A program made the translations under genes and the position numbers. This document shows, in pieces, positions 50,542-58,776 of a stretch of DNA of 64,000 bases. Position 1 is the first letter of the stretch; every line of letters starts with the position of its first letter. The stretch is from the NCBI GenBank assembly GCA_000991135.1, contig LBST01000006.1:46663-110662 (forward strand), given 5' to 3'. This stretch comes from Candidatus Roizmanbacteria bacterium GW2011_GWC1_37_12 (GTDB lineage: Bacteria > Patescibacteriota > Microgenomatia > UBA1406 > GWC2-37-13). Under the pieces are notes generated by a model. That model was not told the DNA's origin and made no database searches. It saw nothing but the letters and a program-made list of their open reading frames with translations.

Positions 50542-50561
50542 AAAGTGCGTAAGTCCTGTTA

Positions 50562-51668
50562 TTAAGCAACCGTAATTTTAAAAACGGTATATTTATTTAG
50601 TTTTGCCTCGTCTATTTTGAATAGACTATCAGTTTTAGCTACATCAATTGTGCCATTTTTTTCCGGAATTTCTTTTTGTAAAATGTCATCGGCAAAGTAC
50701 CATTTAGTTAGACAGATGTCATTTGCATACTTAAAATTAGAGAGAGTAGAAATATGACAATTTAAAAGTTGACCCCAACCGGATTCAATCATGCCGCCGC
50801 ACCACACAGGAATATTGTTTTGAGCGGCCAACTCTGATATAAGTTTTGCTTGCCAATAGCCGCCGACTCGCTGGGGCTTGATATTTATTATTTTGCACGC
50901 GCCAATTTTGATCGCCTGCTCGGCGATATGATAATTACCGATGCTTTCGTCCAGGCAGATCGGTGTTTTTATCTGTTTTTGTAAAATTGAATGGTCAACA
51001 ATGTCATTATAGGTTAACGGTTGTTCAATCATTAAAAGATTCATTTTATCTAATTCTTTGAAAACTTTTATATCTTTTAATCTATAGGCAGAATTAGCAT
51101 CGACAAAAAGCGGTAGATCTGGGTAATCCTTTCTTATTGCGGCGATGAGTTTTAGGTCTATTCCCGGCTTTATCTTAACCTTAGCTCTTTCAGGCGAATA
51201 CGTTTTAAGATAGCGCAAAACTCTGCTTATTGAATCTTTAAGATCAACCCCAAGTCCTATACTGATAGCCGCCGCTATCTTCGTTTTAGTTCCGCCCCAA
51301 AGTTTTCTTAATGGCTTACCTGTTTGTTGTGATTTTAAATGCCAAAAAGCCGATTCAATCACGGTTTTGCTAAAATTATTTCCCCGCATCAATTTATAAA
51401 TGGCTTCTAACTCTTCAATCGTGTTTATTTTTTTATTCAAAATTGCCGGAACAAGATAGGTCTTTAAGAGATGAATGGTGCCATCGTTAAAATCTGGTTC
51501 GTAAAATGGAAAATCAAAATTTGCAGACTCTCCTATCCCGATTAAGCCGTTTTTATCAAAAAGCTTGATTAAAATGATTTCGCGGTTGGTCATTGAAGTG
51601 AAACTGACACGAAAGGGTTCTTTAAGAGGAAGGTATATCTTGTAAATCTCGGCTTTTGTAATGTGCAT
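50562..51668 (-). CDS. Enolase-superfamily enzyme of the o-succinylbenzoate synthase / N-acylamino-acid racemase group
   Basis: KxK AKVKIKPG; metal ligands VDANSAY, MIEQPL and LDES; second base NIKPQRVGG. Confidence 0.85.
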   Translation of the reverse strand: MHITKAEIYKIYLPLKEPFRVSFTSMTNREIILIKLFDKNGLIGIGESANFDFPFYEPDFNDGTIHLLKTYLVPAILNKKINTIEELEAIYKLMRGNNFSKTVIESAFWHLKSQQTGKPLRKLWGGTKTKIAAAISIGLGVDLKDSISRVLRYLKTYSPERAKVKIKPGIDLKLIAAIRKDYPDLPLFVDANSAYRLKDIKVFKELDKMNLLMIEQPLTYNDIVDHSILQKQIKTPICLDESIGNYHIAEQAIKIGACKIINIKPQRVGGYWQAKLISELAAQNNIPVWCGGMIESGWGQLLNCHISTLSNFKYANDICLTKWYFADDILQKEIPEKNGTIDVAKTDSLFKIDEAKLNKYTVFKITVA

Positions 51669-51676
51669 ACAATTAA

Positions 51677-52609
51677 TTATAGCGCTTCCTTTAAACAATC
51701 AGTGTTATTTTCACTAAAATTTTTTACAGTAACTATATAATGACGCATTTCACCTTTTTCATCAGGCAAGGCAACATAATCAACTGCGGTATGACTCTGA
51801 TTCTCAAATAACTCCGTAAAAACTATTCTGTGCTGTTCTGACCAAAGTAGAGCTTCGTCACCCCATAGATCCTTAACAACCGACGGGTTTACCGAGGTTT
51901 CGACAAAAGCGAGTTGGGACGGTGGATTTACATGAGTTAGACATCTGCCTTCTCTGACTTCTTCTGGGTCAAAAAGGAAAACGTCATCAGGATGATTCTC
52001 CATATATTTAGTATAATCTTGTTGTCCAGGATAAACTGCTCCTTTAACCCAGGCACTACCAGGTTTAGCCTTGTAATAAAATCGGTCTGACGGCATATCT
52101 CTATGTTCATTTCCCCCTTCCTTTTCTATTCCTTCAAAAAAATCCCGTTTATATTCATTTGAGTGCATCCTGCTTTTGTGGAGATATAAATTGACATTTC
52201 TTGCAACAAAAGGGTCTGAAGTAAGTGCGAGAGTCTCAATAAACGGAGAGAGCTTATTTTCTATTAGACCGTAGTTTACCTTCATTAATTCGTATCCAAG
52301 ACCAAGTCTCTGATACTCTTCGTCCACGCCAAGTTGGTGAAGGAACAAATAAAGAGCACCTTCTGGAGGTATTTTGATAATACCGATCGAGGCGCCCATC
52401 ATTCTGTCTCCGTCAAAAATACCGTGACATGTCCCTATATTATCCTCTGTTAATGCGGCATAGTCCCAAAGTTTGTTTATTTCTGGTAAACCCCAAGCGC
52501 TTTGAGCGACTCTTGTCCAGCTGTCACGATCCCCAGAAGTTAGGGGACGCTTGATAGCTCTTGCTAAAATTTCAGCTCTCTGTGTTTCTATTCTTGCTGC
52601 GATTGCCAT
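51677..52609 (-). CDS. GNAT-family N-acyltransferase with an unassigned C-terminal domain
   Basis: LHQLGVDEEYQRLGLGYELM is a classic GNAT motif A (Q/R-x-x-G-x-G/A). The C-terminal half (about 150 aa) has no recognised family. Confidence 0.65.
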   Translation of the reverse strand: MAIAARIETQRAEILARAIKRPLTSGDRDSWTRVAQSAWGLPEINKLWDYAALTEDNIGTCHGIFDGDRMMGASIGIIKIPPEGALYLFLHQLGVDEEYQRLGLGYELMKVNYGLIENKLSPFIETLALTSDPFVARNVNLYLHKSRMHSNEYKRDFFEGIEKEGGNEHRDMPSDRFYYKAKPGSAWVKGAVYPGQQDYTKYMENHPDDVFLFDPEEVREGRCLTHVNPPSQLAFVETSVNPSVVKDLWGDEALLWSEQHRIVFTELFENQSHTAVDYVALPDEKGEMRHYIVTVKNFSENNTDCLKEAL

Positions 52610-52630
52610 AATATAATTTTAATTAATAAT

Positions 52631-54385
52631 TTATAACCCGCCTTCTCCTGCCAACCTCATCTTTTGCAATACTTCTTCCGTCTCTTGATCAAGATTACCT
52701 TCTTCAAGCCTTTTGAGTCCTTGACAGATTATCCTCGTTAAAAATTCATGCGTCTCGCTGAATTCTGTTAGAGAACGCTGATCTCTCAATATCCCCGAGG
52801 CTTTTCCAAGCAATATTCCATATTGCAGGTACAGAAAGTTTTGAGCCCTAACCGTATCTTCAACAATCCAAGCGCGATTCATACCTTTTCCCCGTAATCT
52901 ATCTGCCATACCATATTCTTCTGCAATTTCTCTTATTCTTTGACCATCGCGCTCTACTTTGGCTTGAAATTCTTCATTCTGTACCATATGGGCAATAACC
53001 AAAGCTTGTAAATGCGGCCCGTAATTAGTCGGCGTTGACAGATGACTCATACCAGTTGTTGAATCGTCTATATGAGCAGGAATCAATGCAAAGGCATAAG
53101 GATCTATTGCTGCGGCTTTCGCATTCGTAATGATAAGATGCTGATAGTCGGCAAGTGTTCTCGTGGGTCCTTCACCAAAATAACTTCCGCCAACGCTTCC
53201 GGTTGTTTGCATACAATCGGCAATGATCGGCAATTCATGAGGTTCAAAAAGATTTCGGACTTCTGTAAGTAATGCTTGATCTACTGGGTACATACCCCCA
53301 TCCACGTCGACATCAGGCTCTATGATAAGACCCGCACATTCGCCTCTTTTAATCGCCTCTGAAAGAGTTGTAAGGATTTTTTCCCTATTTTCAGCCGTAA
53401 ATATCGGAAGGACGCGTTTTACCCAAGCTTCACCGCCCGTATGTAAATTGCTGTGTCCATCAACACCCCAAGCGGATCCTTCTGTTGCCGCTCCACCATA
53501 ACCTCCGGCCCATGTACCGTCAACCGCAAAAACCTTAGGAACGGTAATAAGACCTCGTAATTCCAACTGTTTAATTCCATTTGCCCCTTTTAAATTATAT
53601 TTTTTTAGCAGTCTGGAAACTTCCGGACTTTCATATGTATGTTGTCTCTCGGCTGCATGAGCACAGACGATCTCAATTGCTGTCGAGTTGATTTCTGACC
53701 CAGAGTGACGCGTATGTATCCTTATTTCTTGGTTTTCAACCTGTTTGGTATTTGGATGGAGTTTTGCCAACTCATCCATAGCATATCCTTGGACTTCGGC
53801 TGGGTGGTAGTGATGCATTGGATGACCGCTTGTCTGCATCAAACTGTCTGCTGTTTTCATGATGAGCGGATAAGGATTGCCGAATCCGAGTCTGCCTGTT
53901 GCGGCCGACGTAGCTAAATCATGGATGATATCATCACCAAAATTACCATTACCAGCCATTGCTACTTTTTTCAACCCTCCGCTTTGCGTGCTGTTTAAAA
54001 TATTACCCGCCATCCAAAGGACAGAAGTTTTGTGAGATAGTTTTTTTATTTCATCAAGTCGTCTTTTCATTGGTCCATTGACTGCAGATACACGCATTAA
54101 ATTTGGGCGACCATTATTCCGAAGTGTTCTTTTTGCTAAAACATTGGATAGCAAAAGGTCGGTAAGAAATGCACTTTCCATCTGTTCAAGTTCTGCCGAA
54201 ATGATTTGCTGTTGACCTTCGCCAAAAGTTAGACGGCCTCCTGTATAGCATCTAAGACCATCCATTACCGATATTATGGCGTCAAGACCGACTCTTTGAA
54301 GCATATCCCATTCAGGTTTCCTGGGATCTCCTTCAGGAAGACTTCTGACATCAATGTTTATTTTATGAATTTTTTTTTCATGCAT
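52631..54385 (-). CDS. Divergent class-III aminotransferase-like PLP enzyme
   Basis: RHSGSEINSTAIEI (compare SGSEANE.AIK), GLIIEPDVDVDGGM (compare IIEPVQGEGG), IIADCMQTTGSVGG (compare DEVQTGFGRTG) and a candidate Schiff-base Lys in ITNAKAAA. Confidence 0.6.
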   Translation of the reverse strand: MHEKKIHKINIDVRSLPEGDPRKPEWDMLQRVGLDAIISVMDGLRCYTGGRLTFGEGQQQIISAELEQMESAFLTDLLLSNVLAKRTLRNNGRPNLMRVSAVNGPMKRRLDEIKKLSHKTSVLWMAGNILNSTQSGGLKKVAMAGNGNFGDDIIHDLATSAATGRLGFGNPYPLIMKTADSLMQTSGHPMHHYHPAEVQGYAMDELAKLHPNTKQVENQEIRIHTRHSGSEINSTAIEIVCAHAAERQHTYESPEVSRLLKKYNLKGANGIKQLELRGLITVPKVFAVDGTWAGGYGGAATEGSAWGVDGHSNLHTGGEAWVKRVLPIFTAENREKILTTLSEAIKRGECAGLIIEPDVDVDGGMYPVDQALLTEVRNLFEPHELPIIADCMQTTGSVGGSYFGEGPTRTLADYQHLIITNAKAAAIDPYAFALIPAHIDDSTTGMSHLSTPTNYGPHLQALVIAHMVQNEEFQAKVERDGQRIREIAEEYGMADRLRGKGMNRAWIVEDTVRAQNFLYLQYGILLGKASGILRDQRSLTEFSETHEFLTRIICQGLKRLEEGNLDQETEEVLQKMRLAGEGGL

Positions 54386-54418
54386 AGTAATACCATCATT
54401 TTTTTAATATCAAGTGAG

Positions 54419-54447
54419 ATTGTAACAAATTTTTTTTGGCCTGTCAA
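54419..54447 (-). promoter_or_regulatory. Near-consensus promoter TTGACA-17-TACAAT for the aminotransferase-GNAT-racemase-M20 operon
   Basis: On the minus strand, TTGACA = 54442-47 and TACAAT = 54419-24, with a 17-nt spacer. It lies about 33 nt upstream of the ATG at 54385. Confidence 0.6.
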
Positions 54448-54478
54448 ATCAATGTATATCAAATCTCAAAGTTCATTT

Positions 54479-55633
54479 TCACAAATTTAGCCTTGGAATT
54501 CGGTCTAATTCATCAATGTCTTTGACAAATAATTCTTTTTCAGCCTTATATGAGGCAGCGGCACCGATCATGGCAGCGTTATCGCCTGTCAGATATTTGT
54601 AAGTTGGAAATAAAACTTCTCCACGATGTCTATCAACTAATTTTCTGAATAATTGGCGAAGCCGAAGATTGGCGATCACTCCACCGCCGATGACCAATCG
54701 ATTAATTCCAGTCTGCCTCATCGCTTTCTCTGTCTTTTTTATAATCGTGTCAAAGACCGCTTCCTGAAACGATGAACACAGTCTTCGTAAATCATCGGTC
54801 ATTCTGGGGAGCGTAGCCGAGTCAGACTCGGCGAATGCGACTCCAGAATCGTTGTGCAGATTCTGGACGCGGCCTTCGGCCTTGCCAGAATGACGTCGGG
54901 TCACAAAATAATAAAATGACGTTTTCAAGCCGGAAAAAGAAAAATTCAGGTCGTTGCTTTTTAACATCGGTCTAGGAAAAATATAAAAATCCTTGTTATG
55001 AACATCTCTTGCCAATCTTTCAATCACCGGACCACCCGGATAACCTAGTCCGAGAAGTTTGGCGACTTTATCCAAGGCTTCGCCGGCAGCATCATCAAGA
55101 GTTGAACCAATAACATTGTATTTCAAATGGTCGTTGAATTTGACAAACTCTGTATGTCCTCCAGAAATAATAAGAGCCAAATAAGGAAATTTGAAATTTA
55201 TTTTCGGATTACCTTGGCTGTTTTGCACAAACGCCGAATAGATGTGGCCTTCAAGGTGATTAACAGCAATCAATCTTTTGTTATATTTTTTTGCCAATTC
55301 TTTGGCTTTTTTAATGCCGACCTCAAGAGCTACTGCTAAACCCGGACCCTGGGTGATAGCGATTGCTTGAATCGTTGTCATTCTGGCTTGTCCAGAATCT
55401 AACAACGATTCTGGGTGCGCGAACTTCGTTCGCTTACCAGAATGACGCAGCGCTTCATCAACAACAAAATCTATTCTCTCCTCATGCGCCCGCTTGGCCA
55501 GCGATGGTACCACCCCTCCCCATTTTTTATGAATCAAAACCTGCGAATAGATGACATTGGATAAAACCCGGCGACCGTCAACAACTGCCGCAGCGGTTTC
55601 ATCGCAGGAAGTATCTATGGCAAGAATTTTCAT
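54479..55633 (-). CDS. tsaD: tRNA N6-adenosine threonylcarbamoyltransferase TsaD, carrying two in-frame repeat insertions
   Basis: ILAIDTSCDETAAAV, NHLEGH, SGGHTE, DDAAGEALDKVAKLLGLGYPGGP, GGGVIAN. The start at 55633 (MKIL) is preferred. Confidence 0.9.
   Translation of the reverse strand: MKILAIDTSCDETAAAVVDGRRVLSNVIYSQVLIHKKWGGVVPSLAKRAHEERIDFVVDEALRHSGKRTKFAHPESLLDSGQARMTTIQAIAITQGPGLAVALEVGIKKAKELAKKYNKRLIAVNHLEGHIYSAFVQNSQGNPKINFKFPYLALIISGGHTEFVKFNDHLKYNVIGSTLDDAAGEALDKVAKLLGLGYPGGPVIERLARDVHNKDFYIFPRPMLKSNDLNFSFSGLKTSFYYFVTRRHSGKAEGRVQNLHNDSGVAFAESDSATLPRMTDDLRRLCSSFQEAVFDTIIKKTEKAMRQTGINRLVIGGGVIANLRLRQLFRKLVDRHRGEVLFPTYKYLTGDNAAMIGAAASYKAEKELFVKDIDELDRIPRLNL
54798..54894. repeat. 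Composite GTCATTCTGG...CCAGAATGAC repeat inserted in frame in tsaD
   Basis: 97 bp with the same architecture as 50459-50541 in the opposite orientation. Translated as RHSGKAEGRVQNLHNDSGVAFAESDSATLPRMT. Confidence 0.9.
55377..55446. repeat. Second, shorter composite repeat of the same family in frame in tsaD
   Basis: GTCATTCTGGCTTGTCCAGAATC-TAACAAC-GATTCTGGGTGCGCGAACTTCGTTCGCTTACCAGAATGAC. Translated as RHSGKRTKFAHPESLLDSGQARMT. Confidence 0.9.
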
Positions 55634-55637
55634 GAAA

Positions 55638-55741
55638 CAATTTCTAATTTCTAATTGACCTAAAGAATATCCAAATCCCAATTGGGAAACAATTGGTCAT
55701 TATTTAGATTAATTAGAATAATTAGGTTAATTAGGTCAATT
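55638..55741. repeat. AT-rich palindromic repeat, TTTCTAATTTCTAATT family (copy B)
   Basis: Aligns with 23376-23493. Its right end contains the stop codon of tsaC-tsaE. Confidence 0.85.
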
Positions 55742-56773
55742 TTTGATAATTACCTCTCTTTTCTTTTCGCTTAAGTATCTCATCTTCACGTATACTATTT
55801 TCCCTTTACTTTTAAGCAGTTCTATTATCTCTCTTGCCTTTTCTCCCCACTCAAAACACAAAATATTTCCCGGCTTTAATAATCTCTCTATTCCTAAATC
55901 TTTAAACTCCTCTCTCTCTTCAATGTTATAAAGATCAAGATGAATAAATTTTGACTTTTGACTTTTGACTTTTGACTTTCCTATTCCGTATTCATAATAG
56001 ATTACAAAAGTCGGGGAAATGATGTTTTTTATTCCGAGGGTTTCTCCAAGTCCTTTAACAAAAATTGTTTTGCCAACTCCTAATTCACCTTCGATTATGA
56101 AAATCAATGGCTTTATTACGGACAGGTCGCGACCTGTCCCTACATTTTTTAAAATATCTTTTGCAATCTTTTTCGTTTCTTCGGGTGATTTGGAAATAAA
56201 TTTTTCTTTTCTTAAAAAATTAAAACTTCCTTTCCTCAAAATTTTTACTTCAGATTGTGTCAGATCAATAACTGTTGACGGTTTATTTCTCGGAAGTTTT
56301 CCGGCATCAACAATCAGATCAATTAATTTCTTTTTGCTCCCCGAAAGTTTTGATAATAGAGTTTTTACAGAATAATGCGGCGGATTGTTTGAAAGATTCG
56401 CAGAAGTAGCCGTCACTGGCTTCCCAAATCTTTTTACCAATACTTTGATGTGTCGATACATCGGAATTCTTACTCCCAATGTTCCTTTTTCTGATTCTAA
56501 TAAACGATCTGTCCTATGTTTAGAATTCAAAACAACGGTAAAAGGTCCTGGTAAAAGACTGCGTAGGGACAATTCATGAATTGTCCCTACAAGTACAATG
56601 TCTTTCATCATTTCAAAATCGGAAACAAAGACAGAGATTGCCTCATTGGTCGCATCAACCAACAATCCGTAAACAGTATCAGACGGAAAAACCACCAACC
56701 CTCCTAGTTTAAGAGTTTTTAAAGTAGAATTTATTACTTTATTGTGATTATGTGATATTTTTAGTATCTTCAT
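55736..56773 (-). CDS. Fusion of TsaC/YrdC (threonylcarbamoyl-AMP synthase) and TsaE (P-loop ATPase), with two in-frame repeat insertions
   Basis: The N-terminal part has GGLVVFPSDTVYGL, LLPGPFTVVL, SANLS and STVIDLT. The C-terminal part has EGELGVGKTIFVKGL, SPTFVI, HLDLY and FEWGE. Confidence 0.8.
   Translation of the reverse strand: MKILKISHNHNKVINSTLKTLKLGGLVVFPSDTVYGLLVDATNEAISVFVSDFEMMKDIVLVGTIHELSLRSLLPGPFTVVLNSKHRTDRLLESEKGTLGVRIPMYRHIKVLVKRFGKPVTATSANLSNNPPHYSVKTLLSKLSGSKKKLIDLIVDAGKLPRNKPSTVIDLTQSEVKILRKGSFNFLRKEKFISKSPEETKKIAKDILKNVGTGRDLSVIKPLIFIIEGELGVGKTIFVKGLGETLGIKNIISPTFVIYYEYGIGKSKVKSQKSKFIHLDLYNIEEREEFKDLGIERLLKPGNILCFEWGEKAREIIELLKSKGKIVYVKMRYLSEKKREVIIKN
55949..55979. repeat. 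In-frame GTCAAAAG-repeat insertion (KSKVKSQKSK) in the TsaE part
   Basis: TTTTGACTTTTGACTTTTGACTTTTGACTTT on the plus strand. Confidence 0.85.
56563..56590. repeat. Perfect 28-bp palindrome GTAGGGACAATTCATGAATTGTCCCTAC (copy 2, inside the TsaC part)
   Basis: Identical to 37209-37236. Translated as VGTIHELSL. Confidence 0.9.
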
Positions 56774-56890
56774 AAGTCAAAATTCAAAAGGTAAAAATCA
56801 AAAATACAAGTTAAAATTAAAAAGTTTTATCAAATACTTTTGACTTTTGACTTTAACTTTTGAATCTTGACTCTTGATTTTTAACTTAAT
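56774..56890. repeat. About 115-bp palindromic GTCAAAA/TTTTGAC-family repeat filling the tsaCE-ftsH divergent spacer
   Basis: AAGTCAAAATTCAAAAGGTAAAAATCAAAAA...CTTTTGACTTTTGACTTTAACTTTTGAATCTTGACTCTTGATTTTTAACTT. Confidence 0.85.
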
Positions 56891-56909
56891 GCAAATTGTA
56901 TCAAATTTC

Positions 56910-56918
56910 TGCTAAAAT
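56910..56918 (+). promoter_or_regulatory. Extended -10 box TGCTAAAAT, 7 nt upstream of the ftsH ATG at 56926
   Basis: TG-C-TAAAAT at 56910-18; no SD. Confidence 0.5.
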
Positions 56919-56925
56919 AAGCTCT

Positions 56926-58776
56926 ATGGCCAATAATAAAAACCAAAAAATAAAAATAAAAGAGTTCAAATTTAACTTCAATCTAAGAAATGTTTTTTTT
57001 GTCATCTTTGTTTTCCTTTTTCTTGCTTATATCTATCGATCAGTCGGCTCTCAAATAAAACAAGTCCTTCCGGAAAAACCATTGACAACTATCGTTCAAG
57101 AAGTCAAACAAGGCAGGATTAAAAAAGTCGACGTCATCGACAACAGAATAATTGCCTATTATAAAGATGACAAATTGGCCGTCACTTTTAAAGAAAACAG
57201 CGAAAGCTTTACCAAAATCCTTCAAGACAATAAAATAAATCTTAATTCGATCGAGGTGAACGTCAAAGACACCCAGTCCTCAACGGGTTTAGCCAATATA
57301 TTGAGTAATCTACTGCCAACGATATTGATGGTTGCTTTTTTCATCTTTCTCTTTCGCCAAGCCAAAGGAGCTCAAGACTCTGTCTTTTCTTTTGGGCAAT
57401 CGAGGGCGAAAAGATTTGTTAAGTCGCTGACAAAGACAAAATTTACCGATGTTGCCGGTGTTGATGAAGCCAAAAAAGAACTCGAAGAAATCGTTGATTT
57501 TTTAAAGAACCCGGAAAAATATAAAAAATTGGGGGCCCGTACTCCAAAGGGCGTGCTTTTGGTTGGCCCTTCTGGTTGTGGAAAAACTCTTTTGGCCAAA
57601 GCCGTCGCCGGCGAAGCCAATGTACCTTTTTTCTCGATTGCCGGAAGTGAATTTATGGAGATGTTGGTCGGAATTGGCGCAGCGAGAGTCCGCGATCTTT
57701 TTGACAATGCCAAAAAAAACTCTCCGGCAATTATTTTTATTGACGAAATCGACGCCATCGGTCGAGCCCGATCAGCCGGCGTCATGCCCGCCCACGACGA
57801 AAGAGAACAAACCCTAAATCAGATTCTTGTTGAGATGGATGGTTTTACTCCGACTGAACAAGTAGTCGTCATTGCCGCCACCAACCGCGGTGACCTTCTT
57901 GACTCTGCTTTGCTTCGACCCGGTCGTTTTGACCGAAGAATTATTGTTGATTTCCCCGACCTTGAAGGCAGGAAAGCAATTGCTAAAATTCACTCCCGTG
58001 GAAAACCGTTTGATGAATCGGTTAATTGGGATAAAGTCGCCAAACGAACCGTCGGATATTCTGGAGCTGATTTGGAAAATATGTTAAATGAAGCAGCTAT
58101 TTCGGCCGCTAGAGCAACTCGACTAAAAATCAATATGGAAGATATTGAAGATGCCGCTACTAAAGTAAAATTGGGTCCGGAGAAAAAACGGCTTCAGTCT
58201 GATTTGGATAAAAAACTGACTGCCTATCATGAGGCCGGCCACGCCGTTGTTTCTCATTTTCTTCCTCACACCGACCCGGTCCACCGGATTTCCATAGTTT
58301 CCCGAGGAATGGCTTTGGGTTATACCTTGATTCCTCCTGCGAAAGACAAGCTTCACGAAACAAAAACCCATCTATTGGAAAGAATTTCTGTCATGATGGG
58401 AGGAAGAGCTGCCGAACAAGTTATCTTTGACGAGGTGACAACTGGAGCTGCCAATGATTTTGATCAAGCAACTATGATCGCCAAGGCTATGGTTGTTGAA
58501 TATGGAATGAGTGATTTGGGACCGATAAACTATGGTCCGACCATGGATATCACCGAGTGGGGAAAGAGTTATTTTGAACAATCTTCTATTTCCCAGGAAA
58601 TGATGGCAAAAATCGACGCCGAAGTAAAAAAAATTATTACCCTTTGTTTTGAAAAGGCCGCCAACATTATAAAAACAAATAAAGAAATTTTAGATAAAGT
58701 TGCCGAACAGTTGCTCAAGAAAGAAAGTTTGGATCAAGATGAGTTTGAGAAAATCGTTGGCAAAAAGGAAAAATGA
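56926..58776 (+). CDS. ftsH: ATP-dependent zinc metalloprotease FtsH
   Basis: Two TM helices, Walker [12 protein letters not shown] and the zinc motif HEAGHA. The ATG at 56926 is preferred to the TTG at 56896. Confidence 0.95.
   Translation: MANNKNQKIKIKEFKFNFNLRNVFFVIFVFLFLAYIYRSVGSQIKQVLPEKPLTTIVQEVKQGRIKKVDVIDNRIIAYYKDDKLAVTFKENSESFTKILQDNKINLNSIEVNVKDTQSSTGLANILSNLLPTILMVAFFIFLFRQAKGAQDSVFSFGQSRAKRFVKSLTKTKFTDVAGVDEAKKELEEIVDFLKNPEKYKKLGARTPKGVLLVGPSGCGKTLLAKAVAGEANVPFFSIAGSEFMEMLVGIGAARVRDLFDNAKKNSPAIIFIDEIDAIGRARSAGVMPAHDEREQTLNQILVEMDGFTPTEQVVVIAATNRGDLLDSALLRPGRFDRRIIVDFPDLEGRKAIAKIHSRGKPFDESVNWDKVAKRTVGYSGADLENMLNEAAISAARATRLKINMEDIEDAATKVKLGPEKKRLQSDLDKKLTAYHEAGHAVVSHFLPHTDPVHRISIVSRGMALGYTLIPPAKDKLHETKTHLLERISVMMGGRAAEQVIFDEVTTGAANDFDQATMIAKAMVVEYGMSDLGPINYGPTMDITEWGKSYFEQSSISQEMMAKIDAEVKKIITLCFEKAANIIKTNKEILDKVAEQLLKKESLDQDEFEKIVGKKEK

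Noticed and set aside
55634-55681. N-terminal extension of the tsaD ORF (MGFGYSLGQLEIRNCF)
   Set aside because: It is read from the TTTCTAATTTCTAATT repeat. The conserved TsaD N-terminus begins at MKILAIDTSCDET (ATG at 55633).
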